Positions 53,719-64,000 of a DNA stretch of 64,000 nucleotides are shown one piece after another. Source of the DNA: Eledone cirrhosa (Eukaryota). Within the stretch, counting starts at the first letter, position 1, and each line of letters begins with the position of its first letter. The position numbers were made by a program, and so were the translations under genes. The DNA lies in NCBI GenBank assembly GCA_964016885.1, contig OZ024742.1, positions 340,442,001 through 340,506,000 on the forward strand, read 5' to 3'. The notes beneath the pieces were generated by a model, which ran no database searches, was not told the origin of the DNA, and worked only from the letters and a program-made list of their open reading frames with translations.

Positions 53719-53962
53719 AAGCTAGTTTCTTCTACAGTCTTAATTTAAACTAAAATAGAATAAAATAAAACATATATACTAATGAATATTTTTAACAAAA
53801 CCTAAATCGAAAAAATAGTAGATACATAATCAGTGACATTCAAAAAGCACAGCGTAAAATTATTTACACACACGCACACACAAACACACGCATACACACA
53901 CACACAAACACACGCACACACACACGCGCACACACACACACACAGACACACATATATATATA

Positions 53963-54247
<285 letters not shown>

Positions 54248-54509
54248 CGATAGCGTATAACATCAAATGTCCGATTCTTGCTTGACTAATACTTGAAAGC
54301 GGTGAATTTGTAAAATCTTTAGAACGTCAGATAGAATGCTTCTTGATATTGGATACAGCTATCTGCTATCTGAGGTCAATTTTGGTTTTCATCCTTTCTA
54401 TATCTCTCTCTCTCTCCATCGCTCTCTCTTTTCCTATCTCTCTTCCTCTCTCTCCCTCCCTCCCTTTATTTCTACTGTTCCCCCTATCGCTCTCTTTCTC
54501 TGTAGAAGA

Positions 54510-54880
54510 AAAATGGAGTGTGTTAAGACCTGGAGAGAGACTGGCTCCATCAACTTATATGCCCATGACACGCCGTATGCTGTTACAAATGACCATGGAA
54601 TTTGCACCTAGAAATTTCGCCTCCGAGGCTCAAACCCAAGTAAGGTGTTTTTGTGCAAGACCAGCCATCGCCCATGTATACCAGTCTCCCCTTCTCCACT
54701 CCACCTATGTTGTTCAATTGAAGGACAAATGCCAATACAGCTTGGCACTAGTGACGTCGCAAATCATTTCTAGAGCTGAGTGAACTGGAGCAACGTGAAA
54801 TAAAATGTCTTGCTCGTGGACAACACATCGCCCAGATGTGAATTCAACTCTCTAACCACTAAGCCACTCGCTTTCACATA
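54510..54880 (-). mobile_element. SINE
   Basis: GAACTGGAGCAACGTGAAATAAAATGTCTTGCTC...TAACCACTAAGCCAC, related to 60430-60712. Confidence 0.65.
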
Positions 54881-55618
54881 GATTATCGTATACGAAATTT
54901 AAAGTAGTCGAGTATATATTAGACACTTGTAGTTTATTTTATTAGTAGATACCATTATTTCAATGAAGTTTTTTTTCACTTAACCTTGGGTTTTTTCGGA
55001 ATCGGCCTTTGAGAAACCCTGAATGTAATGTTATTTTAGTGAGATTTGACTGCCTTTTCTAGCAGGTTGAGTGACATTATTGAAACTAAATGAACATATT
55101 TAATAGTTGTGTTTTTTTTATTCTGGCATCCTTAGCAATGAGCTCATGGCATCACTCTTAACATAGAGAAGATCAGTGGGTAAATATGACAATATGAAGG
55201 TTCGTAAACACAGATAAAACATAAAATGCCGCTAGCACAAAATGTAAATGTATTTTAACGTAATAATACAACACTGTTTTAAAATCCTTCCCAGCCTAAT
55301 GTTTAAGTGGTGCATCATATAAATACTAAATGGATTTCTCTCGAGAGAGGAAAAGTAAAAAAAGCAACAACAGAAAAAATATGTCAAACACTATACACAA
55401 GAACAACATATAACCAACAGAGAGGAAGAAAAGAAGAGATATTAATATGTAAGCATCTCCTCTGTGTGGAGACATAAAGCCATATTTATGTACACAAAAC
55501 AGCCATGTAATAATTATAAAATGATCTTTAGAACAATATGGTTGTACTTCATTGTAGCTGCTGGTTAACACATAAACAAACACGTATGCATACATTTGCC
55601 TATATATGTAGATAAATA

Positions 55619-55698
<80 letters not shown>

Positions 55699-55705
55699 TA
55701 TATAC

Positions 55706-55806
<101 letters not shown>

Positions 55807-55809
55807 TAT

Positions 55810-55899
<90 letters not shown>

Positions 55900-56286
55900 A
55901 TAGATGTATATATATATATATGTATGTATATAGATGTATATATATATACATCTATATACATACATATATATATACATACACACGGGAGTGCGCTAATATA
56001 TATATAATGGAAATGCACATCAGGTTATGAGACTAAAAAAAATACTAAAAAAAAAAACTATTGACGTATATACATTATACACAGGCAGATGTAGAAAAAC
56101 ATCAGCATATACACACACATGCACATACATACACATACATATGTATCTACATATACATACATACATATTTATATATATATATATATATATATGCATGTGT
56201 GCGTATATGTGTTTATACATATATAAATATTATATAAACACACTCACACTCACATACACACACATACACACACGCGCACACACACC

Positions 56287-56402
<116 letters not shown>

Positions 56403-56622
56403 GTACATGTATACACACACACGCTGATGAAACTGAGGATGCTAGGCCTTATTAAGCAGTTGGGTGGGTACTGTAGTTACATAGATAGTTTTGTTCCAAT
56501 GTATGGACACTCCATAGATTACTGTGAGGTAATTCGGATAATTTGTAAGCAAACATGAAGGATTGTGACGTAAGCAAGGTCAGTAGTGACGCTGGTATAT
56601 AATAAGACTAACTATTTAACAC

Positions 56623-56850
56623 TTAACCCTTTAGCATTTACATTACTCTCTATATACTATTGTATTTTTATGGTAAAGGTTTTATCTTACAGTATTATCT
56701 CACATAATATCGAATTGATGAGATTCTGATATTATCTTTTTGAGAACAATACCTTAACATCGGTATGACTGGCCAGTTACGACTGGTTTTAACAGAAAGA
56801 GGTGAGAGAATTTTGGCCGGATATGGCCGGTTTAAATGCTAAAGGGCTAA
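56623..56850. mobile_element. piggyBac-type MITE (copy 2)
   Basis: TTAA-CCCTTTAGCATTTA...TAAATGCTAAAGGG-CTAA. Confidence 0.85.
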
Positions 56851-57029
56851 GGTAGCTTGGATGTCATTTGCCTCCAGCTGTATACCCATATTAATGGGTT
56901 ATAACAAGTTTTTTAGTAAAATATTCAGGTCGAGGAGAATAAATAACCAGATTAAAGTTGTGTGGAAGAGGTTACGAGGCCAATAAATACAGGGTTAGAC
57001 AAGAGACTAATAGGAATGCATTGATATGG

Positions 57030-57693
57030 AGCATTTGTTGTGAATGGAGTTCCATTGAAGCAGGTACACAAGTTGAAGTATCTCCGGACCGTGTTCATGA
57101 GTGATGGAAGGCAGGAGGCTGAATTAAGTGCAAGAATTGCAGGAACTGATGCAGTAATGGGCCAGCTTCAGTATTCAGTAACCAGAAGGGAGGTAGGTGT
57201 AAAAGCTAAACTCGTTATTCATGCCAACCCTTACCTATGGTCATGAATCGTGGGTAATTACCGAAAGAATACGATCACGAATACAAGCGGTCGAAATGGA
57301 GTTCCTTGGAAGGGTCTTTGAAGTAACATTACTCGATAAAGTGCGTAGCTCAGAGATCAGGGAGTCACTCCAGGTCGAACCGCCACTTCTCCAAATTGAT
57401 TGACCACAGTTCCGATACTATGGCCATGTGAATACCCAGGGGTAGACCCCGAGCAAGGTGGTTGGATAACATTTATGTGTTTGGCTGGTCTCGCTTGGGG
57501 ATCAGCTGGATCAGCTGGAGATGGTTGCTTCTGACAGGCCCCGCCGGAAGGAGGGTTTGAGGACTCTGCTCCCAAGACACTCTCGGGAAGAAGAAGAAGA
57601 AGAAGAAGAAGAAGAAGAAGAAGAAGAAGAAGAAGAAGAAGAAGAAGAAGAAGAAGAAGAAGAAGAAGAAGAAGAAGAAGAAGAAGAAGAAGA
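57030..57693 (+). mobile_element. RTE-clade LINE 3' fragment with (GAA)n tail
   Basis: LKQVHKLKYL...SDGR, PTLTYGHESW...IQAVEMEFL...LLDKVRSSEIRESL, YGHV, PRGRPRARW. Confidence 0.9.
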
Positions 57694-58849
57694 AATTTCG
57701 GTTTAATAGGATAGTGTCTGATAGAGGAACGGATGCTATTTCTAGCGAAGTAATCAGTTACCTTGTGGTCCTCTTACTGTTTCATGTGTTAGTGTGTCAG
57801 AATCTTGTTCCGTCGCTGTTGTGTTCGTTTAACTTCCATTAACTCAACTATTTTATTTTATTTATTTTATCTTTTTAATTATTTTTGTTTAGAGAATGGC
57901 ATACCAGGTATAAACTAATTCTTACTTTTAATGATACAATAATTCTTTGGAACTAAAACAGACAAAAACTACAACAAAAGTGATGTTTGTCCATGTTAGT
58001 ATTTAAGTTTTCTTGTTTAGTACTAGTTTTGTCCAATATATGTACCACGTGTTAGTGTGTGCAAGGTAGGAAATACGGTTTCAGATAATATCAGGGAGTT
58101 TGTGTATTTGGAATACCCTCATTTAAATTATTGTATCATTATTTCTAGTTAATGAGACGTTGTGTGTGTGTTTTTTTAAAATGAAATTAAAGAACGTATA
58201 TGCTATTTATACCCAATGAAAGTTTGTGATATTAGGGAAGTTATGTGGTCACTCTGTGTCAAGCAATAGAAACAGGCCTGACCGAGTGGTTAATAAGTTC
58301 TCTTCGCAATCATGAAGCCTTGTGTTTGATAAAACTGAGTGATATTTAGAGTGTTTTTTTTTTTATTTAGCATTGTGCAAACCCAAGTCATGTGCATGAC
58401 TAGGAGTAAACAGAAAGTCACTGTGGAAGCTAGTACGATGGATTTGCCTATAATTCACAGATCCAGCTTTTCAGATGCTGTGACACGATGATTCAGCCTG
58501 AGACGTGTGTTAAAGTCTAATATTTCTGTACAATTCTTCATTCCTTGCCTTAATCAACGAGTTGGATATTCAGTTGCTCAAATGAATAAATGAACATCGT
58601 TGAAGCAGACAGAGGACCCATAGATCATGTCACAAAACTATAGGAAATGTATATGGCCTTTATAGTATGTATGCCTGCAGAGTCCCGTAACTCCTGATGG
58701 AGTCATAGGGCTGCAACATTGACATAAGACGTTTGTAGGACATATTCAAAACCTGGTTGAGCCCTCTCTTCTCTAGGTTTGAATACCGCAAATTTCTTCA
58801 AGAGAAAGAAAAGAGAATGAGAGAATGGAAGTGAGAAAAATATATAGAG

Positions 58850-59012
58850 GAAGGATCGACCCCAGTACTTGACTGGTACTTTTTTAATCGACCTCGAAAG
58901 GATGAAAGGCAAAGTTGATCTCGACGGGATTTGAACTCAGAGAGAAGAGAACCAAAAGAAATACCACAAAGCTTTCTATCTGATGTTCTAATGACTCTGC
59001 CTATTTGCTGCT
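58850..59012 (-). mobile_element. tRNA-derived SINE
   Basis: Reverse complement of the 36640 family (CTGGTACTTTTTTAATCGACCTCGAAAGGATGAAAGGCAAAG...ATTTGAACTCAG). Confidence 0.8.
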
Positions 59013-59347
59013 TGACGTCCTTTATAGTAAGTAAATAAAAACTTCAAATGTTGTACAAATGTAGGGATCCTTGTTTATTATTATGCAAACTACTGGCATA
59101 TAAAGTCAGTAACTGACTTTTATTTCTTGGTTAAATACTTCATTTTATTGCCATTACTGCGATTATAATATTTGTTACCAGGTGTTAAAATCGGTAGAGC
59201 GCCAGTGGAAAGTCATTGCTCTATTTACATTTGATATGGAATCCCCAAATTCAAGTAACCGCGATTCTGACGAACGTTTACCATATAGTTGTTGAAGGTA
59301 GAAAACGACGCACCAGTATTGGCAAGTAGACCTCTCACAAACTATAT

Positions 59348-59436
<89 letters not shown>

Positions 59437-59494
59437 CACACACACATATATATATATACAGACACACACAAACACACACACACATATATATATA

Positions 59495-59726
59495 TATAAA
59501 TAATTACAACAGTGACATAAACAGGTACTCAAATTTCATTCAGCCATAAATTTCATTCAGACATAAACAGGTACTCAATTCATTCAGCCTGCATGAGAAA
59601 AATTGGGGGCTTAGAACCCAACGAAACTTGAGCACCTGTTTATGTCACTGTTGTAATTATTTATACAAAACTCGTCCTATGGACTGAGTGCTCTTACTCT
59701 TGGATATTTCCACTTAACTTTTACTT

Positions 59727-59730
<4 letters not shown>
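59495..59730 (+). mobile_element. Fold-back mini-element with degenerate HHR-like motif and internal slippage duplications
   Basis: 59495-59538 inverted with 59623-59665; tail has CTGAGTGCT; in (TA)n. Confidence 0.75.
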
Positions 59731-59799
<69 letters not shown>

Positions 59800-59801
<2 letters not shown>

Positions 59802-60170
59802 AAACAATAGAGGTGTAACACACGAGTTGTGATATATTAGTAAAAAGGAGAAGAAAATGCTGACAAATTTTTCCCAGTGAAAAATAGTTTACTTAGGAAT
59901 AAGTATAAATTAGTAATAAGTATTGGTTAGTATTCAGTTTTAGTTTTAAGTTTTTACTGGTTGCGCATTTCTAATGCTTTTCAAAAATAATTTTGAGATA
60001 GAGCGCTCGTGATGTTTGCTCTTTTGAAAAGCATTAGAAATGCGCAACCGGTAAAAACTTAAAACTAAAACTGAATACTAACCAATACTTATTACTAATT
60101 TATACTTATTCCTAAGTAAACTATTTTTCACTGGGAAAAATTTGTCAGCATTTTCTTCTCCTTTTTACTA

Positions 60171-60175
<5 letters not shown>
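59800..60175 (-). mobile_element. Palindromic mini-element (~155 bp arms)
   Basis: Arms 59832-59986/60022-60175; UUGAAAA-GCAUU/AAUGC-GCAA-CCGG-UA; one-sided tail 59800-59831. Confidence 0.88.
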
Positions 60176-60202
<27 letters not shown>

Positions 60203-60429
60203 GCAACCGCTGGATGCGTGTATGCAGAAAATATTCGAAGGTGTGAAAAAGAAAAAGAGGGAAAAGGAAAACAGTGCTGAATCAGGAAAGAGGGCTGATA
60301 TATTATATTCTTTATTTGTGTTCATACACGGGCCAAAAGCGCTACCTAAGGTTTCAAGGCCCAATTTTGACCATATCTCCAGATGGTAAGTGGGGTCATA
60401 ATTGTGTCCTAATCTTCACAACTTAGGTA

Positions 60430-60712
60430 TCACTTTTCTTCCATATATGTCTGGCTGGGAGGCTTTATCTGGTCTGTGGTTGTCCTAGTTTCCATGGCGT
60501 GAAAGTGACTGAGAGTACAATACTCCACCATAGACAGGACACTAGTCCATCACAGGGTTATATCCCTAACTATTGCCTGTACTCATTTTCACCTTAGTAT
60601 ACTGGATCAACGTGGAATGAATTGTTTTGCTCAAGAACACAACACATAACTCAGTCTAGGAATCGAACCTCTGATATTATGATAGTAAATCAAAAACGCT
60701 TACCACTAGACC
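60430..60712 (-). mobile_element. tRNA-derived SINE
   Basis: Minus-strand head GGTCTAGTGGTAAG...GGTTCGATTCC, then GTGTTCTTGAGCAA. Confidence 0.75.
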
Positions 60713-61237
60713 TCCACTAATCCATATATGAAATAAAGGAAAATATTGTGTATGGGCGTTATATCTCTTCTCTCTCCCTCCATTTACCCAGCCCCTCTGT
60801 CTCTCTGTCCCTCTCATTCTCTTTCTCTCTCAATTCCTATCCCTTTCCCCTTTCCCTCGCTGACACACACATATCCTATCTATTTCCCTCTATCTATTTA
60901 CGTCTCTTTATATATTAAAATGTCCACCATTTTGAATGTTTGTGTTTCTACATATCTCTCTTTGAAAGGGATTACACCTGAGAATGTCGTCTCATTTATG
61001 TTTGTTATTTTTGTTGAGGATATCTGTATTGTTTCAGTGATACGCCTTTCTATATTAACAACAAAAACTACAACAACAGCAACAATAATAATAACAACAA
61101 CAACACAAATAATTACTGTGGTTATTATAATTATTCTTGTTATTGTTGTTTAATGTATTTGTTGTTGTTATCAGTGTTGTTATTTGACTTCATTCACTGC
61201 TGCAACTGTTTGTTGGCGTACGCCCTCTTGGAACTGA

Positions 61238-61303
<66 letters not shown>

Positions 61304-61384
61304 TATATATATTTATATGTATAAATATAGATATAATATATTATATGTATTATGCATCTATATACACGCACGCATATATATATA

Positions 61385-61440
<56 letters not shown>

Positions 61441-61444
61441 TATA

Positions 61445-61532
<88 letters not shown>

Positions 61533-61788
61533 TAGATATTTATGTATATATACACACAATCCTCTGCATTTACCCCCACCTCAGTACGGTTTTTCTAACG
61601 TCTATAAAACTTTAAAGTGTTCAGAGTTCAATATAATAGTTTAATAGTATTAATGGTATTAATGGTATTATACACGCATGTTATGTTGTTGCCTTAGTGT
61701 TAGTATACGCACACACATGCCCACACACGCAGACACGCAAACATACACACACACACGCACACATATGTGTGTGTGTGTGTATATATAC

Positions 61789-61856
<68 letters not shown>

Positions 61857-61970
61857 TGTATATATGTATATATATGTATATGTAAAAATAACCAGAATAA
61901 CAACACAATCGGTGCGGTATATGGGAGGAATATATATATATATATATATATATAAACGTATATATAGATG

Positions 61971-62095
<125 letters not shown>

Positions 62096-62100
62096 ATAGA

Positions 62101-62166
<66 letters not shown>

Positions 62167-62744
62167 GTAATATATGTATATATGCGTATACATAGATTTA
62201 TATGTCCTTATATAGATTTATATGTGTTTATAAGTATATATATGGAGATGTAAGGAGTGAATTGAGAGAGGGCGGGGGAGGAATTAGAAAGAAATTGAAT
62301 GTTTACTGGGAAATATCTCTGTGTGTGTATGACTGTATGTGTGTGTGTGTGTGTGTGTGTGCGTTGGATTCCTATTATTATTATAGTTATACATACTGTT
62401 TATACATTTACATACCTATATAAATACGCAAGTATAAGCACATAACTACACACATATACATACGCACACAAACATGTATATATATATATATATATCCATA
62501 CATTTTAGTTTACATGGATATGTATACACACACACACATATATATATATGTGTGTGTGTGTGTGCGTGTATGTGTATGAGTGTGTGTGTGCAATATATAT
62601 ACGTAATATTTTATCATATGGAGGCCATGTTTACGTAATCTTAACATTTTACATATTCCTCTTCTATATTTACTTCTACATTTAAAATAACATGCGCACA
62701 CATATACACACAAACACATACACATATATATATGTATATATACT

Positions 62745-62812
<68 letters not shown>

Positions 62813-63159
62813 TATGTATATATACATACACACAAACATACATATATTCATACATATATACATACACATATACATCTATACAATATATATATAGATAGAT
62901 ATCATTCACATATATACTTTTACACCTCTTCATAGTAGCAATTCGTTTCTATTTATTTGTAGTAGTATTTTGTTAGATTTGGTTGATAAGAATAAGTAAC
63001 TTCCTCGGATGTAACTCTTATCTGCTGCACATAGGCCACAATGCCAGGTCATGCCGGGGGCCATAAACCTCTGATTGGTTTGTAGTGTCAACGTAATGGG
63101 GTCCCTCGTCCTGTGCCTTTTAGACCTTGTTGAGCCCATTCTAATTCAATTATTGACAG

Positions 63160-63872
63160 AGAGAACGAGCGAGAGACAGGTAAAGAGAAGAGACAGAGAT
63201 ACAGAGAGAGTGCGACAGAGAGAGGGGCAGACAGAGTGAATGACAGAGAGAGCTAAAGGGGGAGAGAGAGAGAGATAGATAGAGAGATAGATAGATAGAG
63301 AGAGAGAGAGAAAGGACAGAGAAAACTGAGAGAGAAGGGGGAGGGTGTTTTACAGAAAAAAGAGAGAGAAAAGAGAGAGAAGAGAGAGACGAGAGAGAGA
63401 AGAGAGAGAAGAGAGGGAAGAGAGAGAGAAGAAAAAAGAGAGACGAAAGAGAGAGTGTGTGAAGAGAGAGAGAAGAGAGAGAAGAGTGAGAGAAGAGAAA
63501 GAAAAGAGAGAGATGAAAGAGAAGAGAGAAAGAAGAGAGAGAGAAGATAGGGAAGAGAAGAAAGAGAGAAGAGAAAGAGATGTGAGAGAAGAGAGAAAGA
63601 AGAGAGAGAGAAGAGAGAGAGAGAAGAAAGAGAGAAGAGAAAGAGATGAGAGAGAAGAGAGAAAGAAGAGAGAGAGAGAGAGAGAGAGAGAAGAAAGAGA
63701 GAAGAGAAAGAGATGAGAGAGAAGAGAGAAAGAAGAGAGAAAGAAGAGAGAAAGAAGAGAGAGAGAAGTGAGAGAGAAGAGAGAGAGAAGAGAGAGAGGA
63801 AAGAGAGAAGAGAGAGAGAAGAGAGTGAGAGAGAGAGAAGAGAGTGAGAGAGAGTGTATGAGAAAGAGATAG
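63160..63872. repeat. Degenerate (GA)n polypurine tract
   Basis: Direct inspection. Confidence 0.95.
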
Positions 63873-63904
63873 ACATGTAGAGAGAGGCAGGTAAAAATGT
63901 GAAA

Positions 63905-64000
63905 TATAAGAAGGATCGATTCAGTATTTGACTTGTACTTTATTTATTGAACTCGGTAGAATGAATGGAATTGGTGGGATTCGAACACAGAGCGCACAAA
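63905..64000 (-). mobile_element. SINE fragment (runs off the window)
   Basis: GTACTTTATTTATTGAACTC...ATGAATGG...GGGATTCGAACACAG. Confidence 0.55.

Noticed and set aside
62930-63139. 69 aa ORF as a host exon
   Set aside because: No recognisable domain or splice signals; more likely a LINE 5' remnant

Overview
AT-rich eukaryotic (invertebrate) genomic DNA dominated by microsatellites ((TA)n, (CA)n, (TATG)n, (GAT)n, (TAG)n, (GGT)n, (GA)n), minisatellites and decayed transposons. The repeat content resembles an Octopus-like cephalopod, which is an inference. No intact host gene is visible, and almost all ORFs in the track are simple-repeat artefacts. Recognisable transposon relics are an R4/Dong-type RLE LINE, RTE, Vingi-like and L1/Tx1-like LINE fragments, three different Penelope-like (GIY-YIG) 3' ends, a Buster-type hAT transposase, Helitron pieces, piggyBac-type MITEs and tRNA-derived SINEs. 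The main signal is a dense set (about 20) of short fold-back or palindromic inserts in (TA)n tracts that carry hammerhead ribozyme (HHR) motifs and have Penelope pseudo-LTR architecture. They include (i) a hammerhead whose three core segments occur in a non-circularly permuted order, supported by compensatory changes between two diverged copies, and (ii) several families with a compensatory U3:A8 core (UUGANAA). All RNA structures were folded by eye and are untested.
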